A DNA stretch of 64,000 nt from Hyphomonadaceae bacterium (GCA_021731815.1 JAKFWO010000038.1:224-64223), one strand, 5' to 3'; positions 9,596-19,969 are shown, numbered from the stretch's first letter. Notes: a model not told the origin generated them from the sequence alone. A program made the numbers and translations.

Positions 9596-11074
9596 TCACG
9601 TCCCCGCCAGTGACGCGACGATCGCCCGCAGGCTTGCTTCGCCGAGATCGGTGGCCAAAGCGGGATAAAAGCCCAGAATGAGCGTCGCCGCCACCAATGG
9701 CACAAAGATCAGCCATTCCCGGGCGTCGAGATCCCTGATATCGGCCAGCGCCGGATTGACCAATTCGCCAAAAGCCACCTTGCGGTAAAGCGTGAGTGCA
9801 TAGACCGCTGACAGGATCACGCCGCTCGCTGCTGCAATGGCCATCCCCGTCGAGACCTCGAACGCGCCCATCATGGACACGATCTCGCCCACGAAACCGC
9901 TGGTACCCGGCAGGCCGACATTGGCGAGCGTGAACAACAGAAAGATCGCCGCATAGACCGGCATGCGATGCACAAGGCCACCATAAAAGGCAATCTCGCG
10001 CGTATGGGCGCGGTCATAGACGACACCCACGCACAGGAACAAGGCCGAGGAGATCACGCCATGCGACAGCATCTGGAAGGTCGCGCCCTGCAACCCCAGC
10101 TCATTGCCCGCGAAAATCCCCATGGTGACAAAGCCCATATGGGCGACCGAGGAATAGGCGATCAGCTTCTTGATATCGGTCTGCCTGAACGCGACCAGGG
10201 AGGCATAGATGATCGCAATCCCCGAAAGCACGAAGACCAGGGGCTGGAACAACAGGGACGCATCGGGAAACATCGGCAGGCTGAAGCGGATGAACCCGTA
10301 GCCTCCCATTTTCAGCAATACGCCGGCCAGGATCACCGAACCGGCAGTCGGGGCCTCGACATGGGCATCCGGCAGCCAGGTATGGACCGGAAACATCGGC
10401 ATCTTGACGGCAAAGGAGGCGAAAAAGGCCAGCCACAGCCAGGTCTGGATATCGGGGGCGAAATCCTGTTTGGCCAGCACCTCGAAATCCGATGAGCCAG
10501 CCGCGAGCGCCATATAGATGATCGCCCCGAGCATCAGGATCGAGCCGAGCAGCGTATAAAGAAAGAATTTGAACGCGGCATAGACCCGGTTCTTGCCGCC
10601 CCACACGCCGATGATGAGAAACATCGGAATGAGGCCGCCTTCAAAGAACACGTAAAACAGAATGAGATCGAGCGCGCAGAACACGCCGATCATCATGGTT
10701 TCGAGCAGCAGGAACAAGGCGAAATATTCCGGCACGCGGCGCTCGATGGATTTCCAGCTCGCCAGAATACAAAAGGGCATCAGCCCCAGCGTCAGCAGCA
10801 GCAGCGGCAGCGAAACGCCGTCCACGCCGAGCTTGTAGCGCGCAGTACCGAACCAGGCGTAGTTTTCCACCCATTGATAACCGGCCACCGAAGGATCAAA
10901 GCCGATCAGCGCCTGAATGCCCATGCCAAGCGTGACGAGCGTGGTCACAAGCGCGATCCAGCGGGCGGCCCCGTCGGCCTTTCCTGGTCCCGACAGCCTT
11001 TGCACGCCCAGAATCAGCGCGCTTCCCACCACGGGGGCAATCACCAGACCGGTGAGAATCGGAAACGCACTCAT
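9596..11074 (-). CDS. nuoM: NADH-quinone oxidoreductase subunit M
   Basis: 492-aa antiporter-like membrane subunit. The ATG overlaps the nuoL stop (ATGA at 11071-11074). Confidence 0.95.
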   Translation of the reverse strand: MSAFPILTGLVIAPVVGSALILGVQRLSGPGKADGAARWIALVTTLVTLGMGIQALIGFDPSVAGYQWVENYAWFGTARYKLGVDGVSLPLLLLTLGLMPFCILASWKSIERRVPEYFALFLLLETMMIGVFCALDLILFYVFFEGGLIPMFLIIGVWGGKNRVYAAFKFFLYTLLGSILMLGAIIYMALAAGSSDFEVLAKQDFAPDIQTWLWLAFFASFAVKMPMFPVHTWLPDAHVEAPTAGSVILAGVLLKMGGYGFIRFSLPMFPDASLLFQPLVFVLSGIAIIYASLVAFRQTDIKKLIAYSSVAHMGFVTMGIFAGNELGLQGATFQMLSHGVISSALFLCVGVVYDRAHTREIAFYGGLVHRMPVYAAIFLLFTLANVGLPGTSGFVGEIVSMMGAFEVSTGMAIAAASGVILSAVYALTLYRKVAFGELVNPALADIRDLDAREWLIFVPLVAATLILGFYPALATDLGEASLRAIVASLAGT

Positions 11075-13251
11075 GATCCGCCGCCCGCCCGTCCAAACAG
11101 CATAAAGGCACCGAAAGCGATGAACGCTACCAGCATGATGAAGGCATAATGATAGACATAGCCGGTCTGGAGCCTCGCGGTGATCCGCGACCCCGCCCGG
11201 GCCAGCGCCGTCACGCCATCCGGACCCAGCCCGTCAATGATGCGCTTGTCACCGGTTTTCCAGAACAAATCGCCGAGTGCGCGGGCACCCTTCACAAAAA
11301 CAAGGTCATAAAGCTCGTCGAAATACCATTTGCGCGACAGGAAGGCGTGAAGCGGGCCACGATTGGCGGCGATCTTCGCGCCGCTGCCTTCGAAGAAAAT
11401 ATAAAACAAGGCGGCAAACAGCAGACCGACCGCCATCACGATCCCGGGTGCCAGCAATACCCAGGGGGGAGCCTCGTGGCGGAGATGGAGAATGTCGTTG
11501 TCGGCCAGCGTGGCAATCGCCCCCGCCCAGAATTTCGCCTGGTCATGGCCGATGAAAAACGGCTCGAACAACACGCCGGCGAAAACAGCTCCGCAGGCCA
11601 GCAGAAACAATGGCAGACGCATGGTCCACGGAACCAGGGGAGCCGCCTTGCCTTGCGGTGCCGCGGTGCCATGATCCGTCACGGCATGGGCATGTCCATG
11701 CTCATCGGCGGCATGATCCCCGTGCCCATGTTGATCCGGCCCATGTTGATCCGGCCCATGTTGATCCGGCCCATGTTGATCCGGCGCATGTTCATCGTGA
11801 TGATGGGCGGCCGCTTCCGCAGCCTTGCCCTCGGCTGTCGCCGCAAATATGTGCCTGGTCACGCCCTCGCCATGAAAGGTCATGAAGATCAACCGCCAGG
11901 AATAAAAGGCAGTCAACAGGGCGGCTCCGATCCCGGCCCAGAAGGCAAAGGCCGCCACCTCGGCGCGTGCCGGATCGCCGGCAAAAGCGGCCTGCCCGGC
12001 ATAAGCGATTTCGATGATCGCGTCCTTCGAGAAGAAGCCGGCAAATCCGAACAGGGTTCCGGCGATTCCAAGCCCGGTCAGAGCCAGGGTGCCAATGACC
12101 ATCATGCTCCAGGTGAAGGGCAGTCGCTTCCACAGCCCGCCCATGCGGCGCATGTCCTGTTCATGGTGGCTGGCATGGATGACCGCCCCGGCCCCGAGAA
12201 ACAGCAGCGCCTTGAAAAAGGCGTGGGTGAACAGATGAAACATCGCTGCCTGATAGGCCCCGAGCCCGGCGGCGAAGAACATATAGCCGAGCTGCGAACA
12301 GGTGGAATAGGCGACCACGCGCTTGATGTCGTTCTGCGCAAGGCCGACAGTCGCGGCAAACAGCGCTGTCACTGCCCCGATCGCCGTCACGAAGGTCGCC
12401 GCCCCCGGGGCCAGTTCATAGATCCCCGCGCAACGGCAGACGAGGAAAACCCCCGCCGTCACCATGGTCGCGGCATGGATGAGTGCTGAAACCGGCGTCG
12501 GCCCTTCCATCGCATCCGGCAGCCAGACATGGAGGAAAAACTGGGCCGATTTGCCCATCGCGCCGATAAACAGCAGGAACCCGATCAGTTCGAGCGCCGG
12601 CACCGATATCGGGCCGAATTCCACGACCTTGCCCACCATGGAAGGTGCCGCGGCAAAGACTGCGTCGAATTCCACCGTGCCGAACACGAACAAAACCGCC
12701 ATGATTCCGAGCGCAAAGCCGAAATCGCCCACCCGATTGGTCACAAAGGCCTTGATCGCGGCGTCATTGGCGCTCCGCTTCTTGTACCAGAAACCGATCA
12801 GCAGATAGGAAGCGAGGCCAACCGCCTCCCAGCCGAAAAAGAGCTGGATGAAGTCATCGGCCGTCACCAGCGATAACATCGAAAATGTGAACAAGGACAG
12901 ATAAGAAAAGAACCGCGCCCGGTGGGGGTCGCTGGCCATATAGCCCCAGGAATAGAGATGCACCAATGCCGACACGACATTGACCACCACCAGCATCACC
13001 GCCGACAGCGTATCAATGCGGATCGACCAGATGGATTGCAGCGGGCCGATATCGAGAAACCGAAATAATTCGATGGTGTAAGCGGGCTCGTGCCGGAAGC
13101 CCACGCGCGCCAGAATGACCGCCGAAAAACCGGCTGCCAGCATCACGGCCCCGGTGGTCAGGCTTTGCGCCACCCGGTCGCCGATAAATCGCTGGCCGAG
13201 ACCCGCGATCGCCGCCGCCAATAGCGGACCGAAAAGGATAAACAGTTCCAT
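11071..13251 (-). CDS. nuoL: NADH-quinone oxidoreductase subunit L (with His-rich repeat insertion)
   Basis: 726-aa antiporter-like subunit ([18 protein letters not shown]...) with the C-terminal lateral-helix/TM region. It is longer than typical because of an insertion [48 protein letters not shown]. Confidence 0.95.
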   Translation of the reverse strand: MELFILFGPLLAAAIAGLGQRFIGDRVAQSLTTGAVMLAAGFSAVILARVGFRHEPAYTIELFRFLDIGPLQSIWSIRIDTLSAVMLVVVNVVSALVHLYSWGYMASDPHRARFFSYLSLFTFSMLSLVTADDFIQLFFGWEAVGLASYLLIGFWYKKRSANDAAIKAFVTNRVGDFGFALGIMAVLFVFGTVEFDAVFAAAPSMVGKVVEFGPISVPALELIGFLLFIGAMGKSAQFFLHVWLPDAMEGPTPVSALIHAATMVTAGVFLVCRCAGIYELAPGAATFVTAIGAVTALFAATVGLAQNDIKRVVAYSTCSQLGYMFFAAGLGAYQAAMFHLFTHAFFKALLFLGAGAVIHASHHEQDMRRMGGLWKRLPFTWSMMVIGTLALTGLGIAGTLFGFAGFFSKDAIIEIAYAGQAAFAGDPARAEVAAFAFWAGIGAALLTAFYSWRLIFMTFHGEGVTRHIFAATAEGKAAEAAAHHHDEHAPDQHGPDQHGPDQHGPDQHGHGDHAADEHGHAHAVTDHGTAAPQGKAAPLVPWTMRLPLFLLACGAVFAGVLFEPFFIGHDQAKFWAGAIATLADNDILHLRHEAPPWVLLAPGIVMAVGLLFAALFYIFFEGSGAKIAANRGPLHAFLSRKWYFDELYDLVFVKGARALGDLFWKTGDKRIIDGLGPDGVTALARAGSRITARLQTGYVYHYAFIMLVAFIAFGAFMLFGRAGGGS
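11725..11784 (-). repeat. 15-bp perfect tandem repeat x4 inside nuoL (plus degenerate flanks to ~11799)
   Basis: Plus strand CCCATGTTGATCCGG repeated exactly 4 times (11725-11739, 11740-11754, 11755-11769, 11770-11784). It is in frame and encodes (PDQHG)4. Confidence 0.95.
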
Positions 13252-13458
13252 CTAGCCCGCTCTCAGCCCCAAACCATGGCAGACGCGCGCGACGAAAATG
13301 CCGCCGCACGCACGCTCCGGAGTTTCCGCGCCGATGGAATGCCCTCATTCCTCCGGCCAAAATAGTCCTGACACAATCCCCTGTATCGTCACATCCTGGT
13401 CAAACCGGCCCGTTCCGGCCGACCTGGCCTGGCCGACCCCGTCTGGCCGGCCCATGCT

Positions 13459-13767
13459 TTATCCCTTCAGCGAATTCATTTCCTCCACCGCAATCGAGCC
13501 CTGATTGCGGAAAAAGGCCACGAGAATCGCCAGCCCGATCGCAGCTTCCGCAGCCGCAACGGTCAGCACGAACATGGCAAAGATCTGCCCCGAAACATCA
13601 CCGAGAAACACCGAAAATGCCACGAGATTGATATTGACGGCGAGCAGGATGAGCTCGATCGACATCAAAATGACGATGACATTCTTGCGGTTAACGAACA
13701 GCCCGAACACGCCGATCGTGAACAAGGCCGCGCTGACAAAGAGATAATGCGAAAGACCGATGCTCAT
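13459..13767 (-). CDS. nuoK: NADH-quinone oxidoreductase subunit K
   Basis: 102 aa, three TM helices, [47 protein letters not shown]. Confidence 0.95.
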   Translation of the reverse strand: MSIGLSHYLFVSAALFTIGVFGLFVNRKNVIVILMSIELILLAVNINLVAFSVFLGDVSGQIFAMFVLTVAAAEAAIGLAILVAFFRNQGSIAVEEMNSLKG

Positions 13768-13776
13768 GACTGATGC

Positions 13777-14403
13777 TCACTCCGGAATCTGGAGGCCCTG
13801 GCCGGGCCGTGCATCGACCAGCTTGACGGCATCGCGCGGTCGGCGCCCGACCTGGCGTCCGACATCCTGTCGCCGCACGCCGGGCCGCTCGCGCAAGGTC
13901 AGCACGATGGCACCGATCATGGCGATGAACAGAATCCCCCCCGCCAATTGGAAATGGAGAACGTAATCCGTGTAAAGCACACGCCCGATCGCCGTGACAT
14001 TGTTCACCGCCCCGGGACTGGGCTCGATCTTTCCTTCCGACAGACTCGCCGCCCCGTTTTCGCCCAAAGCAGCACCGACCAGAAACAATTCCGCGATCAG
14101 CAGACCCGCAATCAGCACCCCGAGCGGCAGATAATTCAGAAACCCCTGCCTCAATCGGGCAAAATCGACATCCAGCATCATCACCACAAACAGGAACAGC
14201 ACCGAAACCGCGCCGACATAGACCACGATCAGCAACATCGCCAGAAACTCGGCCCCGATCAGCACGAACAATCCGGCAGCCGCAAAAAAAGCCGCAATCA
14301 GCCACAAGACGGCGTGGACCGGATTGCGGGCCGCGATGACGAAGAAGGCCGACAGGATCGTCGCGCCCCCCAGAATGTAAAAAGCTGCTGCCGTCAAATT
14401 CAT
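13777..14403 (-). CDS. nuoJ: NADH-quinone oxidoreductase subunit J
   Basis: 208 aa, MNLTAAAFYILGGATILSAFFVIAARNPVHAVLWLI... It sits between nuoI and nuoK. Confidence 0.95.
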   Translation of the reverse strand: MNLTAAAFYILGGATILSAFFVIAARNPVHAVLWLIAAFFAAAGLFVLIGAEFLAMLLIVVYVGAVSVLFLFVVMMLDVDFARLRQGFLNYLPLGVLIAGLLIAELFLVGAALGENGAASLSEGKIEPSPGAVNNVTAIGRVLYTDYVLHFQLAGGILFIAMIGAIVLTLRERPGVRRQDVGRQVGRRPRDAVKLVDARPGQGLQIPE

Positions 14404-14490
14404 ATGGTCGCTCCGGGCCCGTTGTTCCGGGCGAAAACTTCCGGGTCTGGTGTTCCGCCCCCGCTGATCCCAGCGGCGTGCCGCGCGTGA

Positions 14491-14982
14491 TCAGCGAAAG
14501 GGCGCGTCGAGTTCGAGATTTTTTGCGATCTGCCGTTCCCAGCGATCGCCATTGGCCAATAGCCGGTCCTTGTCGTAGAAAAGTTCCTCACGCGTTTCGG
14601 TCGCGAATTCGAAATTCGGCCCCTCGACAATGGCATCTACCGGGCAGGCTTCCTGACAGAAGCCGCAATAGATGCATTTCGTCATGTCGATGTCATAGCG
14701 CGTCGTGCGGCGACTGCCATCGGCGCGCGGCTCGGCCTCGATGGTGATGGCCTGTGCCGGGCAAATGGCTTCGCATAATTTGCAGGCGATGCAGCGTTCC
14801 TCGCCATTGGGATAGCGACGCAAGGCATGCTCGCCGCGAAAACGTGGCGAAAGTGGTCCCTTTTCAAAGGGGTAATTGATGGTCGCCTTGCGGGCGAAGA
14901 AATATTTCATGCCGAGCATTGCGGCACCTGCAAAATCCAGCAGCAAGGCACCCCTGATCGCCTGGACGACACGCGACATCAT
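14491..14982 (-). CDS. nuoI: NADH-quinone oxidoreductase subunit I
   Basis: 163 aa with two 4Fe-4S ferredoxin motifs, [12 protein letters not shown] and [12 protein letters not shown]. The start overlaps the nuoH stop. Confidence 0.95.
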   Translation of the reverse strand: MMSRVVQAIRGALLLDFAGAAMLGMKYFFARKATINYPFEKGPLSPRFRGEHALRRYPNGEERCIACKLCEAICPAQAITIEAEPRADGSRRTTRYDIDMTKCIYCGFCQEACPVDAIVEGPNFEFATETREELFYDKDRLLANGDRWERQIAKNLELDAPFR

Positions 14983-16043
14983 TGGCCTCCGATTTCAGGA
15001 TGGGCGACAAAGGTCGCATACCAGCCAATTGCCGCCACCGCGACCAGCGAGGTCGGCAGGAAAATTTTCCAGCCCAGCCGCATCAATTGATCATAGCGAT
15101 AGCGCGGAACGATGGCCTTGACGAGCGCGAACAGGAAAAACATCGCGAGGGTCTTCAGCGCAAACCACAGAAACGGGATTTCCACGAAACCGGCGATCGG
15201 CGAGCTCCAGCCGCCGAGAAACAGCAGCGCCAGCAACGCGCACATCAAAACGATATTGGTATATTCGGCAATCATGAACAGAAGATAGGGGGTCGAGCTA
15301 TATTCGACCTGATATCCGGCCACGAGTTCGGATTCGGCCTCGGGCAGATCGAAAGGCGGGCGATTGGTCTCGGCCAAGGCCGAGATGAAAAACATCACAA
15401 ACATTGGAAACATAACGAAGATCGTCGGAAAAGCGAAGGCGTGCCATTGCGTCAGCCCGCCTTTCTGGGAATTGACGATCTCGCCAATATTCATCGACCC
15501 CGACAACAGGATCACCGTGATGATGATGAAGCCGATCGAGACCTCATAGCTCACCATCTGCGCGGCCGAACGCAGGGAGCCCAGAAACGGATATTTGGAA
15601 TTGGAGGCCCAGCCGCCGATAATGATCCCGTAAACGCCCAGCGAACTGATCGCAAACAGATACATGATCCCGACATTGATATTGGCGATGGCCCAGCCAT
15701 CGGCCACCGGCACAACGATCCAGGCCGCGAAGGCCAGAATGAAGGAGATGAGCGGGGCCAGCAGAAACAGGAATTTGTCCGCCCCGGCCGGAACCACAAT
15801 CTCCTTGAACACGAATTTGAAGAAATCGGCAAAGCTCTGCAAAAGCCCGAAGGGGCCGACCACGTTCGGGCCCTTGCGCATCTGCACGGCGGCCCAGATC
15901 TTGCGGTCGGCGAGCAGGATGAAGGCGAGCGAAATCAGCACTCCGACGACGAGCAGCAGGATGCCCGACACTTTGTCGATCGACCAGGCCCAGGCCGGGT
16001 CAAGCTGGCGGTTGAAGAGCCCTTCCAGAAATCCACTGACCAT
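14979..16043 (-). CDS. nuoH: NADH-quinone oxidoreductase subunit H
   Basis: 354-aa polytopic membrane protein between nuoG and nuoI. Typical NuoH segments: [26 protein letters not shown]. Confidence 0.95.
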   Translation of the reverse strand: MVSGFLEGLFNRQLDPAWAWSIDKVSGILLLVVGVLISLAFILLADRKIWAAVQMRKGPNVVGPFGLLQSFADFFKFVFKEIVVPAGADKFLFLLAPLISFILAFAAWIVVPVADGWAIANINVGIMYLFAISSLGVYGIIIGGWASNSKYPFLGSLRSAAQMVSYEVSIGFIIITVILLSGSMNIGEIVNSQKGGLTQWHAFAFPTIFVMFPMFVMFFISALAETNRPPFDLPEAESELVAGYQVEYSSTPYLLFMIAEYTNIVLMCALLALLFLGGWSSPIAGFVEIPFLWFALKTLAMFFLFALVKAIVPRYRYDQLMRLGWKIFLPTSLVAVAAIGWYATFVAHPEIGGQ

Positions 16044-16052
16044 GGCCGGCTC

Positions 16053-18146
16053 CTATTCCGCCGCCTGAGACACGGAACGACGCGCCCCTGCCGCGCATTC
16101 CACCATGGTGCGCGAGGCCCGCGCGACCGGATTTGTCAGCCAGAAATTCGGTGCCGGAGCAAAGGGAATGGCGTCGACCGGCCCCAATTCGCCCAGGGCC
16201 TCGGGATTGAACGCCGGATCGCCCATGGCTCCCGCAAAGGCCTTGTGATCAAGCGCCAGCTGCTTGCGCAATTGCCCCTGCGAATCATAGGGCAGGACCT
16301 TGCCCATCTGCGCCGACAAAGCGCGGAAGATTGCCCAGTCTTCCCGCGCCTCGCCCTTGGGAAATACGGCGCGGCGGGCTTCCTGAATGCGGCCTTCGGT
16401 ATTGACGAACAGGCCGTTCTGTTCGGTAAAGGCCGCAGCCGGCAGGATGAGATCAGCGCGCGAGGCTCCCGCATCACCATGGCTGCCAACATAGATCACG
16501 AAGGCAGTACCCAGATCCTTGCCGTCAATCTCGTCGCAATGGAGGAGAAGGACCGTTTCCACCGAACCCTGCTGCGCGCCCGTCACAATGGATTCACGGT
16601 CGCGGCCGCCCGCGCCGGGCAGGAAGCCGAGATCGAGCCCGCCAACCCGGGCGGCATTGGCATGCAATACATTGAACCCGTTCCAGGGCCCATCCTCGAC
16701 ATTGGCGTGCAGCACGAGCCCGGCGCGCGCCGCAATGGTGCCCGCGAGGCGCAGGATCCGGGCACCGTCGGGCCGTGCCGTCGCTGCCGCGCCCAGAATG
16801 AGCCCGGGTCGACGCGCCTTGTCCAGTACCCCGAAAAAGGGATGCGTTCCCGCCGCCAGTGCCTCGAGGATATCAGGTCCCGTGCCAAGATCCTCGACCG
16901 GATAGGTCAGATCCGTCGCCACACCGACCTGCGCGATACGCGCGAGCTGGCCCGACAGCCACGCCTTGCGGATCCTTGCATTGAGCACCGCCGCCTCGCG
17001 CCGCGGATCGGTGCCGATCAGCAAAAGCGCGTCCATCGCCTCAACCCCGGCGAGGCGGCTGTTGAAAAGATAACCTTCCCGCGGCCCGGCACCCGGTCTT
17101 TCGCCGGCCGAGCGGCAATCGCGGTTCTGGATCCCCAATGAATTGAGCAGGTCGAGTAGCGCCTTCATGCCCTCGACATTGGCGAGATCGCCGGCGATGG
17201 CTGCCACCGAACCGGCGGGCGCAGAAAGCCGCTGCGCAGCCAGTGCCAGCGCCTCGGCCCATTCGGCCGGACGCAAACGCCCGTTTTCGCGCAGCATCGG
17301 CCGGTCCAGACGCTGGCGGGCCAGACCATCCCAGATGAAGCGGGCCTTGTCGGAAATCCATTCCTCATTGACGGCTTCATTGATGCGCGGAAGAATCCGC
17401 AACACGGCCTGGCCGCGCGCATCCACCCGGATCGCCGAGCCGAGGCCATCCATCACATCCACGCTCTCGGTCTTGCGCAATTCCCATGGCCTGGCATTGA
17501 AAGCATAAGGCCGCGAGGTCAAGGCCCCCACCGGGCACAGATCGATGAGATTGCCCGACAATTCCGAGGTGACCACCTGATCGAGCCAGGTGGTGATCTC
17601 CATGTCCTCGCCACGCCCGGTTGCACCCAGTTCGGGCACGCCAGCCACTTCGGTGGCAAAGCGCACACATCGCGTGCACTGGATGCAGCGCGTCATCTCC
17701 GTCTTGATCAGCGGTCCGAAATGCTTTTCCTCAACGGCGCGCTTGGTCTCGTCGAAGCGGGTGCGCGCGCGGCCAAAAGCCATGGCCTGGTCCTGCAGAT
17801 CGCATTCGCCGCCCTGATCGCAAATGGGACAATCCAGCGGATGATTGGCGAGCAGGAATTCCATCACGCCGGCACGCGCCTTGCGCACCAGTGCCGAGGT
17901 GGTGAGAATGACCGGCGGCTCGCCATTGGGACCCGGGCGCTGGTCGCGCACCTGTTGGGCGCAGGAAGCGACGGGCTTCGGCGCGCCCTTTACTTCCACG
18001 AGGCACATGCGGCAATTGCCGGCCACCGACAGCCGCTCATGATAGCAGAAACGCGGGATTTCCGCGCCGGCGATCTCGCAGGCCTGGAGGAGATTCATCT
18101 CCCCCGGCACATCGATTTCCACAGAGTCAACGATGAGCCTGACCAT
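16053..18146 (-). CDS. nuoG: NADH-quinone oxidoreductase subunit G
   Basis: 697 aa with a canonical N-terminus, MVRLIVDSVEIDVPGEMNLLQACEIAGAEIPRFCYHERLSVAGNCRMCLVEV. Cluster-binding motifs HPLDCPICDQGGECDLQD and CIQCTRCVRF are present. Confidence 0.95.
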   Translation of the reverse strand: MVRLIVDSVEIDVPGEMNLLQACEIAGAEIPRFCYHERLSVAGNCRMCLVEVKGAPKPVASCAQQVRDQRPGPNGEPPVILTTSALVRKARAGVMEFLLANHPLDCPICDQGGECDLQDQAMAFGRARTRFDETKRAVEEKHFGPLIKTEMTRCIQCTRCVRFATEVAGVPELGATGRGEDMEITTWLDQVVTSELSGNLIDLCPVGALTSRPYAFNARPWELRKTESVDVMDGLGSAIRVDARGQAVLRILPRINEAVNEEWISDKARFIWDGLARQRLDRPMLRENGRLRPAEWAEALALAAQRLSAPAGSVAAIAGDLANVEGMKALLDLLNSLGIQNRDCRSAGERPGAGPREGYLFNSRLAGVEAMDALLLIGTDPRREAAVLNARIRKAWLSGQLARIAQVGVATDLTYPVEDLGTGPDILEALAAGTHPFFGVLDKARRPGLILGAAATARPDGARILRLAGTIAARAGLVLHANVEDGPWNGFNVLHANAARVGGLDLGFLPGAGGRDRESIVTGAQQGSVETVLLLHCDEIDGKDLGTAFVIYVGSHGDAGASRADLILPAAAFTEQNGLFVNTEGRIQEARRAVFPKGEAREDWAIFRALSAQMGKVLPYDSQGQLRKQLALDHKAFAGAMGDPAFNPEALGELGPVDAIPFAPAPNFWLTNPVARASRTMVECAAGARRSVSQAAE

Positions 18147-18149
18147 CGG

Positions 18150-18227
18150 GTCTTCCTTCTGCCGCGTCTTCCTTCTTCCGCGTCTTTCTTCTGGCGCGTC
18201 TTTCTTCTGGCGCGTCTTTCTTCCGGC
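18150..18227. repeat. 16-bp tandem repeat x~5 abutting the nuoG start codon
   Basis: Plus strand units: GTCTTCCTTCTGCCGC / GTCTTCCTTCTTCCGC / GTCTTTCTTCTGGCGC / GTCTTTCTTCTGGCGC / GTCTTTCTTCCGGC. In nuoG sense each unit carries a purine-rich SD-like AGAAGGAAGA or AGAAGAAAGA. The proximal unit is the nuoG ribosome-binding site (..GCAGAAGGAAGACCCGATG). Confidence 0.9.
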
Positions 18228-18499
18228 GTCCTGCGTCGTGCCGGTTCTGCGCCCGGAGCCGGACCAAATCCGAATCCATGCCGTGACACAATGCGGCTCT
18301 GCCTATACTCTCTCCCACGGGAGAGACAAGGCCAGGCGCAGTGTTCGGCTTCAGGATCGACTGGCGGATTGGCCGGCAATCGCCGAAAACTCCTGCCTTG
18401 ACGGTTAACCCTTTTGGGTCGCACGGAGAAGTCGAAATTGCCGATTCTGCTGCCTCAAACCTGACCCATCCGCATGACTGAACGTCTCCGGCTGCCCTG

Positions 18500-19969
18500 A
18501 TGAATCCACCAATCATCCACTGGTTCCGGCGCGATTTGCGGCGCGCGGATAACCCGGCATTGTCCGCGTCCCTCGGAAGACCGGTGCTGGGCGTGTTCAT
18601 TTGGGAGGAAGGGCAGGCGCAAGCCCGCCCGGCCGCGTCAATCCGCCCCATGGGAGGTGCCGCAAAATGGCGCCTGCTGCGCGGACTCGAGGCGCTGGAG
18701 GCCGATCTCAGGCGGGACGGGATCAATTTGGTCATGGCGCGGGGTGAGGCGCTGCCAATCCTGGGATCCATCGCCGGATCCATCGGCGCGCGGTCCATCT
18801 GCGCCAATCGCATCCCCGAACCCGACGCCCAGGACGAAGAGACCATCCTTGGTGCGGCTTTGGCCGAAGCGGGCCTCGAACTTGTCCTCCATGACAGCGC
18901 GCTGCTCTTTCCGCCACCCGCGGATCCGGCGGGAGAATCGCGGTTCCGCCGCAGCTTTTCCGGATTCGCCCGCGCGGCGCAGATCGCGGCCTCGCGAATC
19001 TCATCCCCCGCCGGTCGCCCGGAATTGCAGCCTTTCGTTTTGCCCTTGGGCAAAAGCCTTCCGAAAATCAGGCCTCTGGTCGCGACCGATCTCTATCGCG
19101 GAGTTCCCGATTGGGCGGCCGGCTTCGATGCCCGCGATTGCGGTGAAGCGGCCGCCCTGGCGCGCTGGCGGCGTTTTCTCGAGAATGGCCTCGCCACTTA
19201 TGCCGATCGTCGCGACGCTATCGACGGCGAGGGCGGCTCGGGCCTGTCGGCGCATCTGCACTGGGGCGAAATCTCCGTCCACCGCCTGTGGACGGATCTC
19301 GCAAATCTCGTCCATCGCCCGGAACTGGCCGCCGGAAGTGAAAAATTCACCTCTGAATTGCTGTGGCGGGAGTTTTCCCATCATGCGCTCGCGCATTGTC
19401 CCGATATGGCCGATGCGCCGCTCCAGCCCGATTTCGGGCGGTTTCCGTGGCGCGAGGCCCCGGCCGAATACGACGCCTGGCGACACGGACAGACGGGATA
19501 TCCCATCATCGACGCCCTGATGCGCTGCCTCTGGCAGACCGGCCGGATGTCCAATCGCGGGCGCATGATCGGGGCCTCCTTCCTGACGAAGCATTTGCTG
19601 ATCGACTGGCGGCGGGGCGAATCCTGGTTCTGGAACTGTCTGCTCGACGCCAGTGCCGCGACCAATCCCTTTTCCTGGCAATGGGTGGCCGGGTGCGGTG
19701 TTGATGCGGCACCCTTTTTCCGCATCTTCAACCCGGTCCTGCAAAGCGGAAAATTCGATCCCGACGGCAGTTTCATCCGTAAATTCGTGCCGGAACTTGC
19801 GGCTCTGCCCACCGCCTTCATCCATCATCCATGGACGGCACCCGCCACATTGCTGACACAGGCCGGAATCAGGCTGGGCCGGGATTATCCACTGCCGATG
19901 GTCGATCACAGCTTCGCACGGCAGCGCGCACTGGACGCCTTCGCTTCCTTGCGAAAAACTGGCTCCTGA
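18500..19969 (+). CDS. phr: deoxyribodipyrimidine photolyase (class I CPD photolyase/cryptochrome family)
   Basis: 489 aa. N-terminal photolyase domain IHWFRRDLRRADNPAL. FAD-binding C-terminal domain with NPFSWQWVAGCGVDAAPFFRIFNPVLQSGKFDP. Confidence 0.9.
   Translation: MNPPIIHWFRRDLRRADNPALSASLGRPVLGVFIWEEGQAQARPAASIRPMGGAAKWRLLRGLEALEADLRRDGINLVMARGEALPILGSIAGSIGARSICANRIPEPDAQDEETILGAALAEAGLELVLHDSALLFPPPADPAGESRFRRSFSGFARAAQIAASRISSPAGRPELQPFVLPLGKSLPKIRPLVATDLYRGVPDWAAGFDARDCGEAAALARWRRFLENGLATYADRRDAIDGEGGSGLSAHLHWGEISVHRLWTDLANLVHRPELAAGSEKFTSELLWREFSHHALAHCPDMADAPLQPDFGRFPWREAPAEYDAWRHGQTGYPIIDALMRCLWQTGRMSNRGRMIGASFLTKHLLIDWRRGESWFWNCLLDASAATNPFSWQWVAGCGVDAAPFFRIFNPVLQSGKFDPDGSFIRKFVPELAALPTAFIHHPWTAPATLLTQAGIRLGRDYPLPMVDHSFARQRALDAFASLRKTGS

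Noticed and set aside
8122-9705. Long form of nuoN (527 aa) overlapping nuoM by 110 nt
   Set aside because: The extension ([17 protein letters not shown]...) is not NuoN-like and overlaps the nuoM 3' end. The internal ATG 9561 gives the canonical N-terminus 34 nt after the nuoM stop.
18095-19053. Minus-strand ORFs (109 and 308 aa) with Lys/Arg/Glu-rich repeats upstream of nuoG, considered as a possible small nuo-associated protein or a nuoF remnant
   Set aside because: The charged repeats come from the 16-bp (non-triplet) tandem array. The rest of the 308-aa ORF is antisense to the photolyase. There is no similarity to NuoF/NuoE motifs such as the FMN or 4Fe-4S sites.
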